The notes under the pieces are model-generated. The model searched no databases, had not been told where the DNA came from, and was given only the letters and a program-made list of their open reading frames with translations. Of a DNA stretch of 64,000 bases, positions 37,431 through 48,100 are shown in pieces. The stretch covers positions 3,658,001-3,722,000 of the forward strand of contig NC_092671.1 of the NCBI RefSeq assembly GCF_964355755.1, given 5' to 3'. This DNA comes from Antedon mediterranea. Taxonomy: Eukaryota > Animalia > Echinodermata. Made by a program: the position numbers and the translations under genes. Positions within the stretch are counted from its first letter, which is position 1. Every line of letters begins with the position of its first letter.

Positions 37431-38952
37431 TATGTACTCATGTATGCACAAATTGAGTATATGGTCCAAACTTCGCCTAATTTACAAATGCAATATAAAT
37501 TTGTTTTTTTGAAATAAAATAAATTTATTGCTAAAAGATACTGAAATAGATGTGAAAACAATAGTTTTCAATTTATTGCACTGTCTAGAAGGAATTATAC
37601 TGAACTAATGAACAGTCAACATCTGGACTAATGAACAGTCAACATTAATCAACAATCAAATATTCTTAATCTTTTTACACTTGTTAAACTTCAGAAACTA
37701 TATATGTTATATGATGCTTTAATTTGTTACATGAAATAAATATTTTATAATATTTTGAATTTTGTATTATGGTATATTACTTTGCAATTTATTTGTTTTC
37801 AAATCTGTTTGCAATGTTGAATAGAAATTGTATTGAAAAAATGCACATGAAATGGATTTTGTGCTATTCCGAAGTTACAGAGCACCAATATTTAGGTCAT
37901 AACATAAGTAATTAATTACAAGGTACTACTATTTCTAAATCTTTGCTCCTCTTTTGTTTAAACTTCAAAAAGTTTCAACCTAGAGTATGTCAACTATTTT
38001 ACATATACGTGGAAATACACGTATAAAACTTTCATTATCATTAAATGTTCTGACTCAAAAGTTACCAAATCTAGGTTTTTGCAGAACATAACAGATAGAT
38101 AGTGTAGGTATCTAAGAAGAAGATCTGTACAAAAGTGTTTGTATTATACAGGCCTATCTTAGAATTAATCATAATTTTATATAGATTATGCAAAAAAAAA
38201 AATACATTAATATATCAAATATATACAAGTTATCTCTATCTTATATCAAGGTTCAATTAATACTACAGATTGATATTTTTTTGTGAAGATAATAATTTTA
38301 AATCTCTTGAGTCTTATAATATTGTTATTAATGTTCATACCAAAATATACAAATTATGTCGGACAAAACTATGCAGTCATATTAAAAATACAAATTAAAG
38401 TTAAAAAAAAGTTAAATAGTAAATTTATAATCATATATTATAGTGGTCGGTGATGTTAACCATTCAAGCCCAAAAACATATTCAGAAATAACAGTTAATT
38501 TTCATAATTTAAACAACCAAAATTAAGGGTGCATGTCACCTTTGAGCCTTACAACCTGAAGGCACATGTCAGCTTGGTCACTTTATGCTTTATAAAACTG
38601 AGGGCGCCTGTCATGTTTGAGTCTTATAAACTGAGGCTGCATGTCAGCTTAGTGCAAAAAATGTGTTTTTAAACCATTTATTTTGGAAAGGCTGTATTCC
38701 TATCACAATCACACATAGTTTATTGCTTGCCATTACTATTTATTAATCTATATTATTCTTCGAATGCATACTATTTTTAAATATCCTTTAACAAAAATAA
38801 AATGTTTGTGCTTTTGTTCAATTTAAATTATTCAGTATCAAATTTGACTGACTGCCTTTATTCAAAATCAATGAAATACTGTAAATAGGTACAGTATTAC
38901 TAAAGTATCATTTGACAAAGTTGATAAATAAATTACATATTATTCAAAACAA

Positions 38953-39078
38953 TTAACTTAGCAGTGTATGTCGTTGATAGATATTTTGGCGCTGTTCCTT
39001 CACTTGTCTTTTCCATCTTTTCTGCGCTGATTCCATTCTTTGCATATAACCTGCTGTTGATTCGTTTGTTCTTGCACC
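38953..39078 (-). CDS. TMEM9: TMEM9 exon 5 (GARTNESTAGYMQRMESAQKRWKRQVKEQRQNIYQRHTLLS*)
   Basis: Acceptor TTGTTGATAG|, conserved C-terminal motif, TAA at 38955-38953. This is a different frame from the ORF-track call 38933..39166. Confidence 0.95.
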   Translation of the reverse strand, partial: GARTNESTAGYMQRMESAQKRWKRQVKEQRQNIYQRHTLLS

Positions 39079-41896
39079 CTATCAACAAAGATAAATCAAT
39101 ATTATCAGTAAATAAGAAAAATATTTTCAAAATGATGTATGGGGAAAGAAATATTTCTTTTATCAAAGACTTAATTAATTATTAAGTCTTGTAAATGATT
39201 ATGAATTCAATTAAGTATTATGCATAGTTCCTCAAATATTAAACAAAACTATTGTTTAAGCTCTTTTCACTAACTCTGTACAGTATTTACTTTTTAATTT
39301 GTCTTATTTATCAAACTTTTACAAAGGAAATACAGTTAATTACTGAAGATAAACATGTATGAAGATACAAATACAATTATCTGTACAAAAAATTAAAGTA
39401 CAAAGAGTTGAGAAATATTAGCAGAAAATAATTTATGGAAATCAAATTAATTGAATGTATGTATGTGCATTTTCTGTATTGTCATGTACATAATAATAAT
39501 ACTGGTAGCTTATGGACGAGAGGGTTGGTTTTTAATCAATGAATACAATATTAATATTAATATTAATGAATAAATAGCATTACAAATGGTAATAACAAGA
39601 CTACTGTACTGTACCTGATAGAGGTGGAATTGAGGCTGGTCTGGAGCTGATTTTAAAATACTAGGATCATTTATTATCAGAAATATCATGTAAATCAACA
39701 GTAATCCCAACAATGCAATGATGAACATTGTCACAATCTAGAGAGAAAAACAAAATATACAACTTAGTACAGTGTAGTTGATGTTGAATCAGTAGAACCT
39801 CTAATATTGGGACACCTTTGGGATCCAATAAAATGCCCCCTTAATACTGGTGTCCCCTTAATAGGGGCTGGCCGTAGTGTTGAAGCATATATTGCCCCAT
39901 GTTTGTTTCACAGGAAAATGTCCCCTTTTATATGTGTCAAAACTAGGGGAGGTACAGATCATTAGTAAATAAGTAACCTAGAGTACATATATTAAAATCA
40001 TAAATATACATATATTATAGACTAGTCAATCTTTTCGCAGATAAATTAGAGTACCCAAGACTAGTACAACAACATACAGTTTGATGTTGAGTTAGGCTAG
40101 TAAAAAAACTATAATATTGTTAACTAGTCCGGTGGGCCAACAAATCTTAATTTCTGCCGATGTCATTGTTATTTTATTTTTATATACAGTATTTTAATAT
40201 ATTGTATATTTCCTTTATAGTTTTAGCTGTTTTATAGTTGTTTAGTTATTTTAGGTCTTCAACCCTGTACAAGCTTTTAGCTTTTTGTTGTTGATCCTTT
40301 TCATCTTTTATGCATTTTATCTTTGACATATATTTTTTTGATGAATAAAATGAATGAAAAATATGCATACCTCTATTGTCATGGTATTTCTGCTTTCATG
40401 TTTACACTCACAGTTTGCACATTCCGTTAAATCTCTATTCATAATATTTAAACAGGTACTGTGTGAAGAAAAATTTAAAGTTAAGTACAGTATCACAATT
40501 GTTGGCAAAATTACTGTCAAGTGTCTCACTACTGTATGAGGCACATGGACACACGACAAAAGATCACTAACTGTGATTTTTAAATCCCCAGAAGTCTTTT
40601 TCAATATCCATCTTACTCTTCCTTAAGAATATTAAAATGTATATTTTAAAATGGAGGGGCGTTCACAACAAAATGTGTTATTCCATGAGGCCGTATGAAA
40701 GACTACACCTACAATATCATTACGCTCTCAAATGGCCATGTATACTTGTTTTTTATGTGTTATTTATGTTTTCTGGAAAATAATTGAAAATGACTATCCA
40801 ATAATGGTTTTAATAAAATTTTTATTTTAAATCCCTTTTAAAGATATATAAATGTTATTATTTTGTTTTATGTTCTGAGAGTCTCTCTATGATCAGCTTC
40901 AAATGACAAATGCAGGAAAAAAATAATTTTGTACAGAGCATACAGTGTACTATAATAAATAACAATTTGAATTGATGTACACTAGTGAGATAAAGTGAAA
41001 TTTTAGGTTAAAAGGCTATTTTAAGGCATTACGTTGAAACTATATAATAACATCATATCATAATTTACCAAAATTCAGCTTCCACATCAACAACTTTGAC
41101 GTCAATTGATTCATTAGCATTTTTCTTGGGCGGACAGACACATTTGCATCTTACATCTTCAAACTGAGCCTGAAAAACACATTTTAATTTTGTTTTTATT
41201 TATATTCCATATTACATTGAAATCATTCAATAAAAATCGTGAATATGCACCTACTACAATACAAATAAACACGCTGCAGTACACTGGGTTGTATCCATGT
41301 TAATTAATGTTAGTTTATCACAGGGAAGAGTGAAATTTATTTAATATCAATAAAATACAGTTTATTTTTATACTAGCCCAGTAAGCTAGGTAGGCCCTCT
41401 AGCCTAGGCCCTAGTAGTAGTACTGTAAATAATTTTATTAATTAGGCCTTAGCCTTAGGCCTACTAGGCTATAGTAGTACAGTATTTTATTTATATAAAA
41501 TGTTTGTACGGTATAAAATAAATAATAATAATAATATAGATAGGGACTAGGCTAGGCCCTAGCTAGATAGAGGAGATTTTAATAAACAAACTTGAAATTC
41601 GCTCATACTAGCACGGAAAGAAGGTTTCAATAGACCACAATTTCCTAGGCCCAGTCGTGGCTACTCCAGGTCACGATGATCCTTCCCACCCGGCCCACCA
41701 ACTGCACAGCCCAACAACAACACAGCCCACCACCATCATCATAAAAAGATTTTTGTTCGGCCTAGCTTTATTATATTTTACCAAGCCTAGTATTTTCACA
41801 TTTTTTAAACTGAAAATAGCTCCTTACCATTGCAGTATTTGATAATACAATTATACAAAATAAAAGAGACAATTTAAACCCGGTATAATTGTCCAT
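38953..41896 (-). CDS. TMEM9: Transmembrane protein 9 family (TMEM9/TMEM9B; lysosomal V-ATPase assembly regulator), 5 coding exons, 168 aa
   Basis: Exons 41896-41828, 41169-41069, 40458-40371, 39737-39615 and 39078-38953 join in frame with GT-AG introns. Product: signal peptide, FEDVRCKCVCPP, C-x-C...CANCECKHESR, one TM helix, and C-terminal RMESAQKRWKRQVKEQRQNIYQRHTLLS*, matching the TMEM9B pattern FEDVRCKCICPP...CECKYEER...[24 protein letters not shown]. Confidence 0.96.
39615..39737 (-). CDS. TMEM9: TMEM9 exon 4 (transmembrane helix)
   Basis: TTTTCTCTCTAG|IVTMFIIALLGLLLIYMIFLIINDPSILKSAPDQPQFHLYQ|GTACAG. Confidence 0.93.
39790..39940. mobile_element. Degenerate Tc1/mariner-type MITE fragment (related pieces at ~930-1025 and ~34925-35005)
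   Basis: CAGTAGAACCTCT...GGGACACC...TGTCCCCTTAATAGGGG...GGAAAATGTCCCCTTT, sharing GGGACA/TGTCCC subterminal motifs with the other two sites. No intact second TIR. Confidence 0.45.
40371..40458 (-). CDS. TMEM9: TMEM9 exon 3
   Basis: TTCTTCACACAG|(C)TCLNIMNRDLTECANCECKHESRNTMTIE|GTATGC. Confidence 0.93.
41069..41169 (-). CDS. TMEM9: TMEM9 exon 2
   Basis: TGTTTTTCAG|AQFEDVRCKCVCPPKKNANESIDVKVVDVEAEF(C)|GTAAAT. Contains the N-glycosylation sequon NES. Confidence 0.95.
41828..41896 (-). CDS. TMEM9: TMEM9 exon 1 (signal peptide)
   Basis: AAAG-ATG-G start context; MDNYTGFKLSLLFCIIVLSNTAM|GTAAGG; hydrophobic core. Confidence 0.88.
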
Positions 41897-42389
41897 CTTT
41901 GTAAATGTTTTGATGAAATGAAATCACGAGATTGTATTATTTTTTTGTTGTCTTCCCATCATGCAAAAAAAGAACACCGCCCTCTATAATCCTTTCATTA
42001 CCAAAGATCTTTACAAGTACTCATATATTGATATACAGTATATTATTTAGATATTAGATATTTTATTTTTGATCTATAAACACGAACATTACTGTCAGGA
42101 TGTCCTAAAACAGATTTGTATGGTTAAACAAATAATACTTTCATTTTCTATGTATAAATTTTGAAATGTGCCGAAAACTAACATAGTGAGTTAGGCAGGT
42201 ATTCTTTGGTAATAAGAAATAAGAGAGTCAGAGATGAAATAATAAACACGATTCATAAAAATCATAGTCTATATAACGTACAAAAGTAGAGTAGTACAGA
42301 TCCTTATCAAGACATTCTCATCCCAGAATATCGAAACCAAGAACACATGTAAATCTTGAATAAAGTTGTTCGAAAAGCTCATAGCATTT

Positions 42390-42815
42390 CTGAGAACCGA
42401 GCATTTAAGTGTGGAATATCACCACCATCAAATGAGATGAACGCAACCAATTATTTGTCTCATAAAATACTCATCATAGCGCCGCCTTGGTGAGACAACG
42501 AAAGCATAATTATATGGCGCATATTGCGAACCGAGCATTATAGTGTATGGCAACACATTCATGACATGCTTGGCGCGCACCAGTGATCGTGGAATATGAA
42601 GTAACACATTGTCTGTCTCGTAAAATACTCATCATAGCGCCGCCAATGAGACAATGATGCTTATATGGCGCATTTTGCGAACCGACCATTATCGTGTATG
42701 ACAATCAATTCATGACATGCTTGGCGCGCACCAGTGACCATGCAAGATGAAGTAACAAATTCGTCTGTCTCGTAATAATATGCCTAATACTCAGATCATC
42801 ATAGCGCCACCTCGA
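42390..42815. repeat. ~155-bp tandem repeat (about 2.7 copies) upstream of TMEM9
   Basis: TCATCATAGCGCC(G/A)CC occurs three times; TATATGGCGCAT.TTGCGAACCGA and CATGACATGCTTGGCGCGCACCAGTGA occur twice each. Confidence 0.85.
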
Positions 42816-42989
42816 TTGACCAGGGAAGCTTTGCATCAACCAACAGCAGCATTTTCCTTATGACACACATCCCTTAACCGTAAAGATATTAATGCAATAG
42901 AGATCTTTCTCGTCGTCGCGACGAATTCAATTTCAACAAGAAGTAATAATATTTCGAATCGATCATCATCAATTTTTATCTGTGTGTGT

Positions 42990-43136
42990 ACGCGCGGAAG
43001 CCGGTTTGCAAGGAGGGAAACCAAACTCTTCTCGACTTACTGTTGTTTTACTTACAATCAACGCGATTTGTTGATATTCTTTTCTTCTATCGTAACTTGC
43101 TGTTTGTTATATCATCGAAGTGAGAGAGCAACGCAG
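42990..43136 (+). other. Candidate non-coding first exon of a gene divergent from TMEM9
   Basis: CpG-rich, ATG-free segment ending in a consensus donor CGCAG|GTAAGA (43136/43137), ~1.2 kb from the TMEM9 ATG. The 5' boundary is approximate. Confidence 0.35.
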
Positions 43137-44387
43137 GTAAGAGAATAATATTTAATTGTTTTTTTAACGCATCGACTATTGTAGACCTAATGCTAGATTA
43201 CAGAAAACCGCTTTGCGCAATGTATACAACAACTTGATGATGCGTTTGTGTTTGTGTAATATTTCTGTCAGTCACCTGCAATATACAGTGCAATAGTTTA
43301 ATGACAAACTTTAATTTGTTACTATATTAAACATTATATTTGATTGACTTTTATAACCCAAAGATCAATACTGCCAATTCTACAATTGTTTGAAATAAAA
43401 TGTCATAAAGTGTATTATATGAAAATTATTAAATAAAGAGTTCATATGTCACTGCGTTGACCGTAATCTTAGCATAAGACTTGGTTCCCACAAAACACAC
43501 AAAAAAGAGAGCACAGATGATTTTGACCAATCACAGGCCATGGATTATTTGAACTGTTGCTTGTGATTTGTCAACTCGAATGAAAAAAAGCACTTAACCT
43601 TAAAGATAATACACTAGATTCATAGTTATAACATGTGACGAATATGTGACGCTGTATAACATTAACACTGTGGATAATGGAGTGTAATACTTCTGTTACA
43701 ATCGTATTCTTATATAACTACCAGATTGGGCTACGATTAATCACGTTTTAGTACAAAGTATATATGGACTCACCTCGCTTCATCATCTCCATATTTCTCA
43801 ATTATTCTATCCAATATTTGGCGCATTACACTCTGTATATTGTCGTTAAAAGAATTATGTAAGATTTCTTAGAAAAGTAGTAACTATACTTTAGACTATT
43901 GCCCTAAAAATGACCCAAGTAAAATTACCATAAATGACATTTAAAATTTATTTTATAAATTCAACCAGAAAATCTATTTTGCTTGTCAAAACAAGACGTG
44001 GCCGGCTAGATGAACCTTTCGTTAAATGGTAACAATCACTAGTGTTTCAATGTGAACTCGTCGTGTGGACGAATGTCATTAACCCATCGAGTATTTTTAG
44101 TCTAGCAAGGAGTATTAAAGCCTGTTTGCACTAGGCGAATTTATTCACGCGAATCGAAAGAGTTAACTAATGCGCATGCGTAATATTATTTTAAGCTTTT
44201 TTGTGACGTGAAAAAAATTGATACGCGAATATGTTCGCTAATGGATAGGATTTAGTTGGTGGTGTAAATGCCTGCAACATACTCAATACAATGAGTATAC
44301 TTCTTCTTAAGCTAGGTTCCCACGATACGTTACGTTCAAATGGGAACCAAACTTAAAGCGCAACGCAAGCACGTAAGCGCAACGTTT

Positions 44388-44783
44388 GAGTGTGGTGTGG
44401 CCGAGCGGTTAAGACAGTGGAACCGTAATCCATAGCCGGCAAGGGTTCGAGGCTCACTCGTTCCATGGTTCTGGTGGTAGAACAAGTCTTCTCGGATAAG
44501 AACTATAAACCAGGTCCAGTGTACATCTGGCTCATGTGCACTTCAAAGAACCTAGTACATCTTTCGAGACGAGTGGGGAGAGGGGGGTAACCCCAGTGTA
44601 ATAGTTCGTACACACACACACACTGTCGTGGAAAGACGTAATGGCGCCGTAGTTGGCTGCCGATGACACGATGTGACCTTAGGGCAGAAGAATGTTGTTG
44701 AAAAGTTCACAGCGCCTTTGAACACTTGTTGCTAGAATTCGCGCTTTACAAATTCGTATATATTATTATATATTATTATTATT
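44388..44783 (+). mobile_element. tRNA-derived SINE with Deu (Nin) central domain
   Basis: A box TGGCCGAGCGG and B box GGTTCGAGGC. Core CGGATAAGAACTATAAACC.AGGTCC...AAAGAACC...GAGTGGGG...TAACCCCAGTGT resembles the DeuSINE domain. 3' tail AGCGCCTTTGAAC...GCGCTTTACAAAT plus (TAT)n. Confidence 0.88.
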
Positions 44784-45101
44784 TCAACCAATCACAAGCT
44801 GAGAAAGATTTTTTTTATTGAATCATCAATTGAATAGCATCTAATCTGTTTGGATTGCTGTGACTCATCTATCATGTATCGTTGTGACATGCGTAATGCA
44901 AGCTCGTGTTTCAACGTGATGAATTCGTCGCAATTACAAACATAACAGCATAAATAGCATTTAACGAGAAACAGTAGTTATTATGACTGTCTTTCAACCG
45001 AATGTTGAAAAGACGAATGCTTTTAAATATCTACACAATCAACAGTCTGGAAGGATAAATCTGAATTATTCTAAGACTAACTTAATAAATAAACCGAATT
45101 T

Positions 45102-45328
45102 GTCACCAGATCCTGCAGCTGTCACTAGGTAGATAATAACTGACTATTGACAGTCATTAACATATGATTCTAGTTGTACTTTTAGTACAATTGCTAACGT
45201 TTAATATTTTTATATGTACTGTATATAGATAAATCTGAAATAATAATACAAATACATGTTATCTCGTATTTAGATGACTGTCAATAGTAAGTTAGGATCT
45301 ACCTAGTGACAGCTGCAGAATCGGGTGA
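45102..45328. mobile_element. MITE with ~55-bp imperfect TIRs (related copy 51259-51400)
   Basis: TCACCAGATCCTGCAGCTGTCACTAGGTAGAT...ACTATTGACAGTCAT versus ATGACTGTCAATAGT...ATCTACCTAGTGACAGCTGCAGAATCGGGTGA. Confidence 0.75.
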
Positions 45329-46153
45329 GTTTGTATACGATTTCGGGTAGGACATCACTTAGTGTCGGGCTTCAATTGAACTGGTTTATTCAATATTATT
45401 ACATCAGTGACATCCCACAGACTCTTCAACTGGTTTATACAATATCAGTAGGCCTAACGTTTTCCCACAGACTCCTTATTACTACAATGAGTAGTAGTAG
45501 TAGGTCTGGCTACTGCATGTCGGTTATTTGTCATGATCTGTTTTCAGGATCTGGAACGTATTTTTAAATCTGTGTTCCCACGTATCTTTATTTTGTTTAT
45601 TCTTTCATCATATCTTCCCACTCTAGTACGAATTCCTTGTTTTTAAATTAATGAAAATAAAGGTTAAATTGGCTTAGCAATGATACATTGGTAATGATAA
45701 TATGACTTCATACTTTTAAAACATCAACATTCGAGAATGTACAAGAAAATTGATATCACATTTTATAATTGTGTTGGCGAATATCTTGATAGAATCGATC
45801 CGAACATTATTCCAAAATGTCACGCTGTCTGTTTGAACCACGTGATAAAATGCGACATAGATGGAATAATGAATTACTTCGGAGTAATCCATGTTTTTTA
45901 AATCAGACCCTTACTAAAATGCCAAGCACCATTCACGTAAAGGGATTTCAATCCCACTGTAATTATGGCGATACGACTGAACATAAACAACGACGACGTG
46001 TACATATTTTGTCAGCGTACAAACTCTGATGAAAATGTACGTCTGTGTACGCGCAACTTTGAATAACGATAACAAGTTTACCTGTTTGTACGCGCGCGTT
46101 AAAATTATGTTGAAAGAGTACCCATTTTGTACGTGCGAATTAAATAAGGTATA

Positions 46154-46529
46154 AAGCCGATTTTCCACTAGGCGAATTTGTTCGCGCGAATCAAACGTTT
46201 CGAAGAGAAAAAAATCGCCTATACTCTCTTTCCACTATGAGCGAATAGCTGCGACGTTCATGTTCCTCGCGTGGTTGCTGAGCATTTCGATTCGCATGAC
46301 TGCTCATGAAAGCGTCATAGCTCATTTCCTGAGCTGTGATTGGTTGCGCAATATTTCGCTTAGCAAAAAGTAGAAACAATTCGAACTAGTAAATTTCGCT
46401 GCAGCGAAAAATCAAGGAACTAGAATTCGTCGCAGAAGGGAGTATGACAGACAGAAACTCGAATACGCATGCGCAGAGCATGACGCTTTCGATTCGCGCG
46501 AACAAATTCGCCTAGTGGAAAATCGGCTT
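46154..46529. mobile_element. MITE with perfect 39-bp TIRs (PIF/Harbinger-like ends; decayed relative at ~44117-44250)
   Basis: AAGCCGATTTTCCACTAGGCGAATTTGTTCGCGCGAATC (46154-46192) and its exact reverse complement (46491-46529), flanked by TA. Confidence 0.9.
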
Positions 46530-46962
46530 TAGTACGATTTATATGCGCGTTCGAACTTTGATGAATATCGCACGCGCGGTAACTTGAAATGAATTCTGTT
46601 GGTATGCATGAAGATGAAGATCACATTTCTAATTTCCACACATCTTCGCACACATTAAATATTATCTTTAACCGTATCATTCTAATTATTATGATTTTAG
46701 CAATATCCACACATTACATGCTGAATTCTTTCAAATTTTATCAGAATAATAAATTATTCTAGTTCGCTACATCGCCCCCAAATCTATATCTAGAAACTTA
46801 ATCCTGATTAGGCTTCGCATTTCATTGACAATTTGATTAATAAGTCTTAGTGTAAACTATGAATATGTTATGATAAATTACTTTAAATTGCTTCCCTGCA
46901 GATACATGAAAAAAAGATATTGTTTTGTTAATGATGGTCGTACATTATCCGATACACGAGCA

Positions 46963-47163
46963 GTATCATGTCTCTAGCGACAGTACACATCCTGCAGTAT
47001 TGCATCTTCTGATCACATGTGATACTATATAGTATAGTGAGAGATTATTTAGAGGGTTAAATTCACTGTACTGTACTGTAACATTTAGTAGTTTAGTACT
47101 ATGGGCCTGTTGTCGTCAGCAGACTCGATACTACAGGATATGTATTGGCGCTAGACATGATAC
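46963..47163. mobile_element. Decayed MITE / imperfect inverted repeat
   Basis: GTATCATGTCTCTAGCGACAGTACACATCCTGCAGTAT versus ATACTACAGGATATGTATTGGCGCTAGACATGATAC. Confidence 0.6.
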
Positions 47164-47649
47164 CGTCCGAGAACCGACTGCGTACATTTGTTTAAACAAA
47201 TAGAACAGAGTATATGTTGGCATGAAACGTAAATTTGTTAATTAATATAACACAAAATTCGTCTACACCGACAACGGACAATAGGTTTAGCATGGTATAT
47301 ATGCTAGATGACCACAACATCAATTATGTAATTAAGGGATCATTTGCCTAATTATATTGACCGACAATATTTGAGGGCTTGCTGTTTTCTGCCTCTCAAA
47401 AATAAACAAATGCTGCGACAAAACCAATATACATATTAATGACAACATGAGCGAGCGTGTAAAAATAGTGTCTCTGACTGTGTTATTGCGTCATTCGTGT
47501 AATTCGGATATAAACCGTCCTACTTACCTTGTTACTAAGGGATGAAACTATCTGTTACTCTGTTGGTGACAGAAATCCCTCATACTTTTAAAACCTCGGG
47601 AAAAAATTACTAAAAACAACGACTCTATCGCATACTAACATAACTTATG

Positions 47650-48100
47650 AAAAAAATCATGTGTGTAGGCCTAATGTGGTTTGAAATCCTTTTGGGCACA
47701 TTGTTTTTGTTAAACATTGCTTTATAGTATGATACAACTATTAAAGAAGAGAACACAAACAAAGCTAGCTCTACATGACGGAGAGCCAAAGCGGACCACT
47801 TAGCGTATAGAAACAAAAAAAAAAAAATCATGGTGTGTAGGCCTAATGTGGTTTAAAATCCCTTTTGGCACATTGTTATTTTAAACAATGCTTTATAGTA
47901 TGATGCAACTATTAAGGAGGAGTACTGATATAGCTCTCCATGACGAAGAGCCAATGTGAACCACTATGGTTTAGAAACCGAACAAGAAAAAAACACGTGT
48001 ACTCCTACAGATGATACTGCAGGTTTCTAATCATTCCTCGATTCAATCCGTTTGGGCACGTATTTTTTTAACAGTGCTTTTATTGTATGATTCACCCATT
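47650..48100. repeat. ~175-bp tandem repeat, two copies plus a partial third
   Basis: GTGTGTAGGCCTAATGTGGTTT.AAATCC.TTT.GGCACATTGTT...TGCTTTATAGTATGAT at 47661 and 47833, with a degenerate copy at ~48045. Confidence 0.8.

Noticed and set aside
38933-39185. ORF-track proteins 38933..39166 and 38964..39185
   Set aside because: Wrong-frame and antisense shadows of TMEM9 exon 5.
44391-44465. tRNA gene
   Set aside because: A and B boxes are present but the cloverleaf is incomplete, and it runs directly into a SINE body that is repeated at 59072-59381.
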